From Candidatus Omnitrophota bacterium (GTDB lineage Bacteria; Omnitrophota; Gorgyraeia; Gygaellales; Profunditerraquicolaceae), in NCBI GenBank assembly GCA_026387335.1, contig JAPLLX010000003.1:10230-74229 (forward strand): a stretch of 64,000 nucleotides of DNA. Reading direction: 5' to 3'. Each line of letters begins with the position of its first letter. Position 1 is the stretch's first letter. The notes beneath the pieces are model-generated. The model was not told the origin of the DNA and did no database searches. It saw only the letters and a list, made by a program, of their open reading frames with translations. This document shows, piece by piece, positions 9,398-19,254 of this stretch. The position numbers and the translations under genes are program-made.

Positions 9398-9829
9398 TTA
9401 GTCCTTCTTCATTAACAGAGCCCAGCCTAATAATACTGCTCCGACGGTTATGGCGCTATCGGCGATATTAAAAACCGGCCAGATATAAAAATTCAGGAAA
9501 TCAATGACATAACCAAAGCGCAGGCGGTCAATAAGATTACCCAGCGCTCCGGCTAATATCAGGCTTAAACAAACCACATAATATTTATTCCGCCGGTTAT
9601 CTTTAAGAGCGAAATAAATCAAGACTACCGCCGCGATAGACGTAATTATAAACAGATAAACCTGGTTCCTTAATATACCGAAAGCCGCTCCCCGGTTATG
9701 CACCAGGGTGATACCCAGTATCCCGTTAATTACAGGAACGGTCTGATGGAGTTGAATTTTAGCGGAAATAAAGGCCTTGCTGGCTTGATCTAAAGAGAGG
9801 ATTACAAATACGATGGCTAAAGGAAGCAT
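9398..9829 (-). CDS. lspA: Lipoprotein signal peptidase II
   Basis: Carries HNRGAAFG and FNIADSAI motifs. The track ORF extends to 9871, but the upstream part overlaps the DksA-like gene. The start is probably at MLPLAIVFV. Confidence 0.8.
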   Translation of the reverse strand: MLPLAIVFVILSLDQASKAFISAKIQLHQTVPVINGILGITLVHNRGAAFGILRNQVYLFIITSIAAVVLIYFALKDNRRNKYYVVCLSLILAGALGNLIDRLRFGYVIDFLNFYIWPVFNIADSAITVGAVLLGWALLMKKD

Positions 9830-9843
9830 AAAACTAAAGGCTG

Positions 9844-10227
9844 CTACTTCTTCTCCCTTTTCTCCTGGCATTTAACACATAGGCGGGCATGTGGGACTGC
9901 TTTCAGCCTGACCTTGGTGATAAGATGCTTACAATCTTCGCATACTCCGAATGAGCCGTCTTCGATCTTCTTCAAAGCGTCTTCCAACTCATATAATGAT
10001 TGCCTGTCGTTAGAGGCTAACCCTAAAGAAAATTCGCGGTCATAATTATCGGTAGCCACATCCGCCATATGATAGGTATAGCCGGATATATCGCCCGAGG
10101 CGTCTTTCTGGGATTTCTTCAGGGTATCATCGGATATATGCTTTATCTCATCGCTAACTTCATCTTTCCTTTTTAAAATTAGCTTTTTGAATTCGGTCAA
10201 TTCTTTCTTGGTAAATTTCTTTTTCAA
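9844..10227 (-). CDS. DksA/TraR-family C4 zinc-finger protein
   Basis: 127 aa with a C-terminal CEDC...CVKC zinc finger and coiled-coil N-terminus. Confidence 0.75.
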   Translation of the reverse strand: MKKKFTKKELTEFKKLILKRKDEVSDEIKHISDDTLKKSQKDASGDISGYTYHMADVATDNYDREFSLGLASNDRQSLYELEDALKKIEDGSFGVCEDCKHLITKVRLKAVPHARLCVKCQEKREKK

Positions 10228-10242
10228 TTTCTTTCTCCTCTC

Positions 10243-13017
10243 CTATAAAGCGGCTTCACACTTTGCGCAAATTAAAGGATGTTTCGCGGACTTACCTATA
10301 CTTAAGCTATAATTCCAGCAACGCTGGCATTTTTCGCCCTCGGCCTTAAAAACCTCAATCGCTATATCCGGGCCGGCACTGCCCTTATTTTCTATCTCTA
10401 TCTGAGAAATCTTAAAAATCTCAAGCAGTTCGTCCTTTAAACTTCCTAAGAATTTATACCGTTCTTGATTGTTTGTCAATAGTTTTATTTTGGCGTCAAA
10501 GGAACTTCCGATCAAGCCGGCCACCCGCTTTTCTTCCAAGGCTTGAGTAATATCGGGAATTAATCCAAATACCTTCTCAAGCTCCAGCTTATCGGATACA
10601 TCCGATTTCTCTATATGCATCTCGGCTAACATTTCAGTTGGATTTGGCAGGCTTAAGAGATGGACACTGGCTATATCCTTATCTTTTGCTTCTTTGGGAA
10701 TATGCTGCCAAATTTCTTCGGATGTAAATACCAAGATAGGCGCCATTAACCTCACTAATAGATGCAATATACCGTATATAGCTGTTTGCGCTGAGCGCCT
10801 TTCAACTGAATCCGCTTTAGCGGTATAGAGTCTGCCTTTAACCATATCAAGATAATACATGGAAAGGTCTTCATTGCAGAAATCGTAAATCGCTTTATAG
10901 GCTTTACGAAACTCAAATTTTTCATATCCCTCAACAACTACCTCTGACAATAAAAATACTCTCTTTTGCAATAACCATTTATCTATCATTTTTAACTTTT
11001 CGTAGTCCACCATATCTTTATCCGGATTAAAATCATATAAATTACTCAGGATAAATTTCGCTGTATTGCGTATTTTACGGTAGGCTTCGGATAAACGGCT
11101 TAACATCTCTTTTGAAATACGGATATCTTCGTTATAGTCGCTGGAGGCCACCCAGAGCCGGATAATGTCCGCTCCGTAATCCTTAATAATATCCTGCGGA
11201 GGAATAACATTGCCCATAGACTTAGACATCTTCCTTCCTTCGCCGTCTACTACGTGGCCGTGGGTCAATACGCTTTTATAAGGCGATTCTCCGTCAATGC
11301 ACATAGACGGAATTAATGAAGACTGGAACCAGCCGCGATGCTGGTCAGAACCTTCAAGGTAGAGCTCGCAAGGCACCCCACCCAGTTCCTTACGTTTCTT
11401 AAGCACGGCTTGAGCACTTACTCCTGAATCAAACCAGACATCGAGGATATCGTTACCTTTTACAAATTCGCTTGCGCCGCAGCTGCACTTTAGGCCAGCC
11501 GGAATAAAATCTTTAACCTCGCGGATAAACCAGCAGTCCGTCCCTTCTTTAGCGGTAAACTCCCTGTATTTCTCAATCACTCCCGGGTCTAAAAATTCAT
11601 TATTGCATTTTTTACAAATCAGCGCGGGGATAGGAACGCCCCAATATCTCTGGCGGGAAAGGCACCAATCCGGGCGCAGTTCAACCATGCTCGCGATCCT
11701 CTCCCTGCCTGCCTCAGGGATAAAATTTATCTTATCTTTGATTTCCGCCAGGGCCTTTTTACGTAAATCATTATGGTCGATATTCAGGAACCACTGGTTA
11801 GTCGCCCGGAAGATGATCGGATTTTTACAGCGCCAACAGTGCGGATAGGAATGCGTTATTTTATCCGCCAATAATAATAATTTTAACGCTTGCAATTTCT
11901 CGATTATCGCCTTATTGGCGTCATAAACATTCATCCCTTTAAAATCGCCGGCGCTGGAATCAAAATTTCCCTTAGGGTCAACCGGCATAATGACCTCTAA
12001 CTTATATTTTAAGCCGGTCAGGAAATCATCTGCTCCGTGGCCCGGGGCTGTATGCACCAAACCTGTCCCTTCTTCTGCCGAGACATAATTTGCCAGGACG
12101 ACCTTGCCCTTGCGCAAGCCGAATGGATGCTCATAACCTAACCCTGCAAGCTCTTTTCCTTTAAATTCCCTGATTACTTCGTATTTTTCAATCCCTAAAG
12201 CAGGCAAGGCCTGCATCCGCACATTAGCGACAATGATATTGCCTTTGTCCGTCTTCAGATATGAATAGCTAAAATCAGGATGCACCGCTACCGCGACATT
12301 GGCGACCAGCGTCCAGGGAGTAGTCGTCCAGATGACCAGGTAGCTTTCTTTTGGAAAATCCTTATTGTTATCAAGTTTAAATTTAACAAAAACCGACGGA
12401 GAAGTATGGTCCTCGTATTCCACTTCTGCCTCGGCTAAAGCGGTCTCGCATTTATAACACCAGTTAACCGGTTTTAATCCCCGGTAGATATATCCTTTAC
12501 GGCGTAGCTCCAGAAAAGAACTGACAATAGCTTCTTCATATTCGCGGCTTAAAGTAAGGTAGGGATTATCCCAATCGCCAAAGACACCCAGGCGCTTGAA
12601 TTCTTCCCTCTGGACAGCGACATATTTCATGGCGTAATCCTGGGCTTTTTTACGGAACTCAACCTGGTTAATCTGGTATTTATTCATTTTAAGTTCTTTA
12701 AAAAGCGCGTGCTCCACCGGCAGGCCATGGCAATCCCATCCCGGAACATAAGGGGCATTAAAGCCGCGCATCGTCTTATATTTTATAATGATGTCTTTAA
12801 GGGTTTTGTTCAGGGCATGGCCGATATGGATATTGCCGTTGGCATAGGGAGGCCCATCGTGCAAAACATATTTGCCCTTAGGATGCGGCTTTTTACGGAT
12901 TAACCCGTAAATATCTTTTTCCTGCCATTCTTTTAAAAACAGGGGCTCCCTTTTCGGCAGGTCAGCCTTCATGGCAAAATCAGTCTTAGGTAGATTTAAG
13001 GTCGGTTTATAATCCAT
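10243..13017 (-). CDS. ileS: Isoleucine--tRNA ligase
   Basis: 924 aa. Carries HIGH (NIHIGHALNK) and KMSKS motifs, an editing domain and a C-terminal Cys4 zinc-binding tail. Confidence 0.92.
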   Translation of the reverse strand: MDYKPTLNLPKTDFAMKADLPKREPLFLKEWQEKDIYGLIRKKPHPKGKYVLHDGPPYANGNIHIGHALNKTLKDIIIKYKTMRGFNAPYVPGWDCHGLPVEHALFKELKMNKYQINQVEFRKKAQDYAMKYVAVQREEFKRLGVFGDWDNPYLTLSREYEEAIVSSFLELRRKGYIYRGLKPVNWCYKCETALAEAEVEYEDHTSPSVFVKFKLDNNKDFPKESYLVIWTTTPWTLVANVAVAVHPDFSYSYLKTDKGNIIVANVRMQALPALGIEKYEVIREFKGKELAGLGYEHPFGLRKGKVVLANYVSAEEGTGLVHTAPGHGADDFLTGLKYKLEVIMPVDPKGNFDSSAGDFKGMNVYDANKAIIEKLQALKLLLLADKITHSYPHCWRCKNPIIFRATNQWFLNIDHNDLRKKALAEIKDKINFIPEAGRERIASMVELRPDWCLSRQRYWGVPIPALICKKCNNEFLDPGVIEKYREFTAKEGTDCWFIREVKDFIPAGLKCSCGASEFVKGNDILDVWFDSGVSAQAVLKKRKELGGVPCELYLEGSDQHRGWFQSSLIPSMCIDGESPYKSVLTHGHVVDGEGRKMSKSMGNVIPPQDIIKDYGADIIRLWVASSDYNEDIRISKEMLSRLSEAYRKIRNTAKFILSNLYDFNPDKDMVDYEKLKMIDKWLLQKRVFLLSEVVVEGYEKFEFRKAYKAIYDFCNEDLSMYYLDMVKGRLYTAKADSVERRSAQTAIYGILHLLVRLMAPILVFTSEEIWQHIPKEAKDKDIASVHLLSLPNPTEMLAEMHIEKSDVSDKLELEKVFGLIPDITQALEEKRVAGLIGSSFDAKIKLLTNNQERYKFLGSLKDELLEIFKISQIEIENKGSAGPDIAIEVFKAEGEKCQRCWNYSLSIGKSAKHPLICAKCEAAL

Positions 13018-13018
13018 A

Positions 13019-13879
13019 TTATTTTATATACTTACCGATAATTATCTTAAGGTCTTTTTTAATCTGGGGAGGAATAAGTTTTCTATCCGTGACAATCGCG
13101 TATTTCAGCGCTTCCTGGCAACCGCAGGAACAACCTGCCGAAATATTTTTTATCACTGAACTTAAAATTTTCTTAGAGTTCTCGATATTCTTATTCAAAT
13201 TACCAATGATCATCTCGATGGTCACGGATTCATGCTGCGGATGCCAACAATCATAATCCGTGACTGCCGCCAGAGTCGCGTAACAAATCCCGGCTTCCCG
13301 GGCCAATTTGGCTTCCGCGAAATTAGTCATCCCGATAATGTCCATTCCCCAGCTGCGGTATAGCTTGGATTCGGCCAGGGTGGAAAATGCCGGGCCCTCC
13401 ATATTGATATAAGTCCCTTGCGGATGGATATTCATATTCAACGATTTTCCGGTAGCGTAAATCAGCTGGCTTAAACAGGAACAAACAGGATGCGCAAATT
13501 CAATATGCGCGACTATCCCTTCGGTAAAAAAAGACATCTCCCTGGCCTGATTGGTCCTGTCCACAAACTGGTCCACTACCACAAAATCCAGGGGCCTAAG
13601 TTCTTCTTTAAGGCTCCCGCAGGCGCTTACTGAAATGATCTTTTCTACGCCCAGCTTTTTCATCCCGAAAATATTCGCCCGGTAATTTATGCGGCTGGGA
13701 GATACGCGGTGCCCGATCCCATGACGCGGAAGAAAAACCACTTCTTTTCCTTCTAATTCACCGAGGATAAATTTATCCGAGGGTTTCCCAAAAGGCGTAT
13801 GGACAGAAACCTCTTTTATATTTTTAATTCCTTCAATTTTATATAATCCGCTGCCTCCGATTATCCCTATTCTGGGCAT
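13019..13879 (-). CDS. mtnP: S-methyl-5'-thioadenosine phosphorylase / purine nucleoside phosphorylase family
   Basis: PNP/MTAP fold with MPRIGIIGGSG and a C-terminal Cys-rich tail. Start placed at the internal ATG just after the proC stop (RBS GGAGA). The track ORF's 21-aa N-terminal extension overlaps proC. Confidence 0.75.
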   Translation of the reverse strand: MPRIGIIGGSGLYKIEGIKNIKEVSVHTPFGKPSDKFILGELEGKEVVFLPRHGIGHRVSPSRINYRANIFGMKKLGVEKIISVSACGSLKEELRPLDFVVVDQFVDRTNQAREMSFFTEGIVAHIEFAHPVCSCLSQLIYATGKSLNMNIHPQGTYINMEGPAFSTLAESKLYRSWGMDIIGMTNFAEAKLAREAGICYATLAAVTDYDCWHPQHESVTIEMIIGNLNKNIENSKKILSSVIKNISAGCSCGCQEALKYAIVTDRKLIPPQIKKDLKIIIGKYIK

Positions 13880-13881
13880 AT

Positions 13882-14730
13882 TTAGTTTCTCCTTTCCAAG
13901 TCGCTGGCCCTCTTCTGGGCTGCCCGAGCCGCTTCTTCCCAAGAGCCGCCTTTAAACAAAACCTCCAAGGCCGCCTCAGTAGTCCCGCCCTTGGAAGTAA
14001 CTTGTTTTCTTAATTCTTGGGGCGGTAATTTTGTTTGATGCAACAGGCTTATGGAAGAATTAGTGGTATTAGCCGATAGGAACGCGGCGTCTTCTTCAGA
14101 AAAACCTAATTCCTGCGCCGCTTTCTCCAGGCGCTTCATCATATCGTGCCGGGCGTGTTCCGCTAAATTCTGCGGGTCAAGGCTGCTATTTTCCACGAAA
14201 TAAAATATATAGGCCGGCCCGCTCCCGGATATTGCGGTTGCCGCGTTCATCATGCTTTCATCTATGCTCCTGGCTGCGCCCAGAGAGTAAAATAATTCCT
14301 GGGCCAGTTCCAGATCTTCATCCGTGGCAAAAGCGCCTTTACACAAACAGGTTACCGACTCCCCTATCTTAGCCCCTATGTTGGGCATCGCCCGGATAAC
14401 TTTTATTTCCCCGAGCATTTTCTCAATGTGCTTTGTGGATATCCCGGCAGCTATAGATATGACTAACTTATCCTGGATGGATTTTTTAATCTCTTTTAAA
14501 AGATGGTCAAAATCCTGCGGTTTTACCGCCAGGATCACTACCTCGGACTTGGTAATCAAATCCTGAATGTCCTTAGCGATATTTACCCCCGCCTGCCCGC
14601 TTAATTTTTCTTTTTCCTTATCAAAAACAAAAATAATGAATTCGTCTTTTAGCGCAGCCAATGTCCGGGCGATTGCCGAGCCCATAGTGCCATAACCGAT
14701 AATGCCGATTTTTTTGCGTATATCTATCAT
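13882..14730 (-). CDS. proC: Pyrroline-5-carboxylate reductase
   Basis: 282 aa with the Rossmann motif IGIIGYGTMGSAIA and a P5CR C-terminal dimerisation domain. Confidence 0.85.
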   Translation of the reverse strand: MIDIRKKIGIIGYGTMGSAIARTLAALKDEFIIFVFDKEKEKLSGQAGVNIAKDIQDLITKSEVVILAVKPQDFDHLLKEIKKSIQDKLVISIAAGISTKHIEKMLGEIKVIRAMPNIGAKIGESVTCLCKGAFATDEDLELAQELFYSLGAARSIDESMMNAATAISGSGPAYIFYFVENSSLDPQNLAEHARHDMMKRLEKAAQELGFSEEDAAFLSANTTNSSISLLHQTKLPPQELRKQVTSKGGTTEAALEVLFKGGSWEEAARAAQKRASDLERRN

Positions 14731-15386
14731 ATTTTTCCCTCAAATATTGCCCTGCCGACCCTGACTATATCCGCTCCTTCTTCTATGGCTACCTGGAAAT
14801 CCCCGGTCATACCCATAGATAAAATAAATTCCGGATCAACCCTGTTTTTTAATTCCTTTAATATCCTAAAATACGGCCGGGCCTCTTGCGGATCATCAAC
14901 CAGAGGGGCTATAGTCATCAACCCCTGAACAGAGATATTTTTTAATTCTCGCGCTGCTTTTAAAAAACCGGGAAGCTCATCCGGCGGTAAACCAAATTTT
15001 GTTTTTTCGGCGGAAGTCTTGACCTCCAGGAGTATTTCTTGAATTTTATTTATTCCGGCTGCCTGCTTATCTATTTCTTGCGCCAGGCGCAGGCTATCCA
15101 CCGATTGGATCAAATCAAAGATCTTAACCGCCTCTTTTACTTTATTCGTCTGCAGATGCCCCACCATATGCCACTGTATAGGTAGTTTTGCCTCATATTT
15201 AGAAAGAGCTTCCTGGACCCTATTTTCGCCGAATGCGGTTATCCCGGCTAAGCTGGCTTCTTTTATCTCTTCAATGCTGCGGTTCTTGCTCACAGCAACG
15301 AGCTTCACAGTATCTGGGTCGCGCTTAGCCTTAAAGCAAGCGGATTCAATGCCTCTCCTGACTTCCAAGACATTATCCCTAATCAT
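14727..15386 (-). CDS. yggS: YggS-family PLP-binding homeostasis protein
   Basis: 219 aa with an alanine-racemase-N-like TIM barrel (VAVSKN...). This protein usually follows ftsZ in dcw regions. Confidence 0.8.
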   Translation of the reverse strand: MIRDNVLEVRRGIESACFKAKRDPDTVKLVAVSKNRSIEEIKEASLAGITAFGENRVQEALSKYEAKLPIQWHMVGHLQTNKVKEAVKIFDLIQSVDSLRLAQEIDKQAAGINKIQEILLEVKTSAEKTKFGLPPDELPGFLKAARELKNISVQGLMTIAPLVDDPQEARPYFRILKELKNRVDPEFILSMGMTGDFQVAIEEGADIVRVGRAIFEGKI

Positions 15387-15425
15387 ACGAATAAAGTATT
15401 ATACATCAGAAAAGAGTAAGGTCAA

Positions 15426-16679
15426 TTAAAAGTACTCTTGATAGACTTCCTTGGCTCTGTTGATGACTTTTAAGATAAGATTTTTGGCGGGTTGATGCAG
15501 GGGTAGAATTCCCAGGGGCTTAGTCTCCAATGCTTCACAAAGCATACCTAAACAAGTCAGGTAGGTTAAATATTTCTGGCCGGATAACTCCGCGTTTTCC
15601 TTAATTAAGGAGATTATCTCCAGGTTAGTAATCCTGCCCAGCTTTACCGGTATGACCAGGGTATTCTCCAGGGACTCGATAAAACCTTCTATAAGTATTG
15701 ACCTTCCGGTAATGATAAAATTATTAACTTCATAAAGCGCGACCTTGCTTTCAACGGCCTCTTTAATCTTTACGCAGATATTTTTAGCCGCAGAAGAGAT
15801 TATCTCCGCTACCAGCCTTTGCTTTATGGGTTTATAGTATTCGCTCTTCTTCACCAAAATCTCTTTATCCAGGCCTATATCATTTATCCCGCCGATGATT
15901 CCGTATGACCTTTTGATATCTTCGGCTAAATCAAAGTTTACCTTTAAGGCGTCCGATAACCCTTTGGTTAAATCATCGCCTCCAAAATGCAGGACCTGGA
16001 TATCTTTAAGCAGGCCATCCTTAAAAATCAGGATTTCGGTTGTATCGCTTCCTATATCGCAGAATAAATTTAAACCCTCCCTATTCCCCTGGCTAAATAC
16101 CACTTTGCTGGTGGCCAGGCCGGAAAAAAAGAGGTTTTTAATTTCATAACCCGCCTGATTGATCACCCTAGCCAGGCTTTGGACCGAAGATAACTTACCG
16201 CAAACCAGGTAAAGTTCCACTTCCAACCTGTGGCTATAAAGCCCCAGAGGATTAATAATATTGCTTTTGGAATCTATGGAATAGCTGGAAGGGATCATAT
16301 GGATTATTTCCTCTTCCAGGCTGGACCCGAGGACGCGGGCCTGTTCATTGGCCCTTTGCATATCCGAGACTGTGATCACCTTATTCCCCCGCTCAGCAAG
16401 CGGGATAATCGCGCGGGAGCGCTTGGTAACAATATCCTGGCCGGATATATTCACCGAAACAAATTTAATATTTACCCCTGACCGGGATTTAAGGTTCTTG
16501 AGCACTTTGCCGACCGAACCGATAAGGCCTATGGAATCAACGACCACCCCTTCCCGCATCCCCTTGACCGGCAAACATTCAAAATGAATGCTGCTCAAGC
16601 GCTTCTTTTTAAACTGGGCGACGCAAGAAGCGATTTTACTTGACCCGATATCCAAAGCGCAAATATAGTTACTTAACAT
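15426..16679 (-). CDS. ftsA: Cell division protein FtsA
   Basis: 417 aa actin-fold protein (DIGSSKI, DIGSDTTEI). The fit to E. coli FtsA is collinear throughout. Confidence 0.88.
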   Translation of the reverse strand: MLSNYICALDIGSSKIASCVAQFKKKRLSSIHFECLPVKGMREGVVVDSIGLIGSVGKVLKNLKSRSGVNIKFVSVNISGQDIVTKRSRAIIPLAERGNKVITVSDMQRANEQARVLGSSLEEEIIHMIPSSYSIDSKSNIINPLGLYSHRLEVELYLVCGKLSSVQSLARVINQAGYEIKNLFFSGLATSKVVFSQGNREGLNLFCDIGSDTTEILIFKDGLLKDIQVLHFGGDDLTKGLSDALKVNFDLAEDIKRSYGIIGGINDIGLDKEILVKKSEYYKPIKQRLVAEIISSAAKNICVKIKEAVESKVALYEVNNFIITGRSILIEGFIESLENTLVIPVKLGRITNLEIISLIKENAELSGQKYLTYLTCLGMLCEALETKPLGILPLHQPAKNLILKVINRAKEVYQEYF

Positions 16680-17460
16680 CTTTAAATTTTATTACCGGTT
16701 CATTAAACCTTAGGTCTATGTATTTTATATTATTAAGATTCTGTTTTTCCTGATTGATAAGCCCGGACATAATCGCGACTTTATCCCGGATATTGCCCTG
16801 GCCGAATTTTACCTCCAGGAATTGTTTTTTCTCTGCGGGTTTCCAGTCAGCGTAATTACTTTGGGCCTGCAAGAGAGGTATTTGCACCGTGATATTATCT
16901 ATCCCCGCGACATTTACTTTTTGAATCCTATAGTCCTTAAGCGATCTGGTCCTGGCAGCTTCCTTAAGAATCAATAAAGCCATAGCTAACTCTCTTGATT
17001 CATATTTATTCCCGAGCTTAAGGCCGAAAATTTTAGTCTCTAAACCGGTGATTACCGCTAACCCCGAGTCATCCGGTTGGATTAAACTTTGAAAAACAAC
17101 CCCCTCCTCATCGACAGCAAAATACCTGTAGAGCTTGATAAAAGCAAGCGGTTTACGCCGGACAAACTTTACATAAATACGATCAGGAAAGACCCTGGCC
17201 AGCATGACCCGGGAACAGTCAGGGCAACTTTGGGCAATACGGGCGGCCTCTTTCGGCAGATCAAGGCTGAATATATTCTTCCCCTTTAGATAAGAAAGAT
17301 CCGCGCTTAAAACTTCGTTGCTTAGAGTATCTCTGACCTGAAAATATTCCGCGCTGACTAATATTCTCCAAATATATCCCAGAATAAAGCACAAGGCAAG
17401 AAGAATTATTAAAATAATGGCCAAAGCCTTGACCGGAAAATTAAATTTACGTCTTCGCAT
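16669..17460 (-). CDS. ftsQ: Cell division protein FtsQ/DivIB (POTRA domain)
   Basis: 263 aa with an N-terminal TM segment and POTRA-like region, positioned between ddl and ftsA. Confidence 0.75.
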   Translation of the reverse strand: MRRRKFNFPVKALAIILIILLALCFILGYIWRILVSAEYFQVRDTLSNEVLSADLSYLKGKNIFSLDLPKEAARIAQSCPDCSRVMLARVFPDRIYVKFVRRKPLAFIKLYRYFAVDEEGVVFQSLIQPDDSGLAVITGLETKIFGLKLGNKYESRELAMALLILKEAARTRSLKDYRIQKVNVAGIDNITVQIPLLQAQSNYADWKPAEKKQFLEVKFGQGNIRDKVAIMSGLINQEKQNLNNIKYIDLRFNEPVIKFKDVK

Positions 17461-18388
17461 ATGCTAACCTGATCAATTTAAGGCATAAAGAACTAAAGCC
17501 TATGCCTGATATTTTAGCCGCCTTAGGCAGGAGGCTGGTTGAGGTAAACCCGGGGATAGTATTTACTTCTAAAACAAAGGGCTGGCTATTTTTATTTAAA
17601 ATAATATCCACTCGGGAACATCCGCAACAACCTAAGAGCCTATGCGCGGCCAGCGCTGCTTTTTTTACGCGGCGGGTCAACGCCGGGCTTAATTTTGCCG
17701 GCACTATATAATCGGTCAGGCCCTGGCTATATTTAGCCTGGTAATCAAAAAAATCGTGCTTGGGGATAATTTCAATCACCGGCATAGCCTTTTCTTCCAA
17801 TATGCCTACAGTGAGTTCCCTTCCTTTTATGTATTCTTCAATGATTATTCTTTTATCAAACTTAAAGGCCGAATTGATCGCCTTAGAAATATCTTTTGGG
17901 CCGCTTACGATAGAAAGACCTATACTTGAACCATGCGTAGCCGGCTTCACCACTAAAGGAAAATTTAAATTCCGTAAATTTAAACCGCGGTAAGAACTTT
18001 CATTTAATACCTGGGAGCGCGGGACATTTAACCCGTGTTTTTGGAATATTTTCCGGGAGGCGATTTTGTCCATCGCCAGCCGGCTTGCTTTTATCCCCGA
18101 ACCGGTATAAGGGATTTTCAGGCGGCTTAAGATCTTTTGTATCCCGCCATCCTCGCCGAAACGGCCATGCAGGGCGATAAACGCGCAATCGATTTTCTTA
18201 AACTTCAATAAACGGATGTTATCCTGGACGCTGGCGGTTTTAATGATCACCGGCACAACCTTATAACCGGAATCTTTAAGCGCCGCGTATACGGCGTGCC
18301 CGGATTTAAGGGAGATCTTCTTCTCCGTAGAGGGCCCAGACATTAAAACGCCTATTCTGCCGAATGGACTTTTGACTTTTATGGCCAT
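17447..18388 (-). CDS. ddl: D-alanine--D-alanine ligase
   Basis: 313 aa with the ATP-grasp fold (...GSSIGLS...). Confidence 0.85.
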   Translation of the reverse strand: MAIKVKSPFGRIGVLMSGPSTEKKISLKSGHAVYAALKDSGYKVVPVIIKTASVQDNIRLLKFKKIDCAFIALHGRFGEDGGIQKILSRLKIPYTGSGIKASRLAMDKIASRKIFQKHGLNVPRSQVLNESSYRGLNLRNLNFPLVVKPATHGSSIGLSIVSGPKDISKAINSAFKFDKRIIIEEYIKGRELTVGILEEKAMPVIEIIPKHDFFDYQAKYSQGLTDYIVPAKLSPALTRRVKKAALAAHRLLGCCGCSRVDIILNKNSQPFVLEVNTIPGFTSTSLLPKAAKISGIGFSSLCLKLIRLAYAKT

Positions 18389-19254
18389 ATCTTTATCTCC
18401 GGATGCAAAATTAAATTGAACTTATTACTGACCTGCTTCTTGATTAAACGCATGAGCCTGAGCACGTCCCCGGAACTCGCCTTTTTTTTATTAAGTATAA
18501 AATTAGCGTGGCGCTGGGAAATAAAAGCGCCGCCGATATTCCGGCCTTTTAACCCGCACAGGTCAATCAAGCTGCCCGCGCTCTTATTCCGCGGATTCTT
18601 AAATATACACCCGGCATTAGGCCAAGTCAAATCCTGGGTCAAGCGCCGAGCAGTTAAATATTTATTAATATTTTTTTTAATTCCTGCCTGACTTCCCTTT
18701 TTCGCCTTTAACCGGGCGCTCAAGATAATATAATCTGCCAGGCTGGATTTTCTATACGCGAATCTGATCTGTTTTGCGCTTAAAGTCCTTAGCCGTCCGT
18801 CCTTACCCAAAACCTGCGCTTCCTTGACCAAATCCCCGATATTATGGCCCCAGCACCCGGCGTTCATAGCCAAGGCGCCGCCCAGTGTTCCGGGGATACC
18901 GGCTAAAAACTCTAAACCTTGTAATGATTCGCCTTGGGCAAATCTTATAAGCCGTCCGAGCAGGACAGCGCTTCCTGCCCGGATAAATCCATTTTCTCGC
19001 GCAATATCCTTAAAGCGCAAAGCACCCAATTGTATAACCAGTCCCCTGACCCCTTTATCGCTTATTAACAAATTGCTCCCCGCGCCCAGAATATATACCG
19101 GTAGTTTCTTTTTTCGGGATAGCTCAAGGAGTAATTTTAATTCCGGGATATCTTTAGGCTCGCTGAAAAATTGAGCCGGCCCTCCTATCCTAAAAGTAGT
19201 TTTATTTTTTAAGGGGTAATTAACCCTGACTTTTAATTCTTTCGGCCAATTCAT
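18379..19254 (-). CDS. murB: UDP-N-acetylenolpyruvoylglucosamine reductase
   Basis: 291 aa with the FAD-binding motif NKTTFRIGGPA. Confidence 0.85.
   Translation of the reverse strand: MNWPKELKVRVNYPLKNKTTFRIGGPAQFFSEPKDIPELKLLLELSRKKKLPVYILGAGSNLLISDKGVRGLVIQLGALRFKDIARENGFIRAGSAVLLGRLIRFAQGESLQGLEFLAGIPGTLGGALAMNAGCWGHNIGDLVKEAQVLGKDGRLRTLSAKQIRFAYRKSSLADYIILSARLKAKKGSQAGIKKNINKYLTARRLTQDLTWPNAGCIFKNPRNKSAGSLIDLCGLKGRNIGGAFISQRHANFILNKKKASSGDVLRLMRLIKKQVSNKFNLILHPEIKIWP

Noticed and set aside
13880-13942. 21-aa N-terminal extension of the MTA phosphorylase track ORF
   Set aside because: It overlaps the 3' end of proC in another frame. A downstream ATG with RBS immediately follows the proC stop, and the conserved MPRIGIIGGSG N-terminus begins there.
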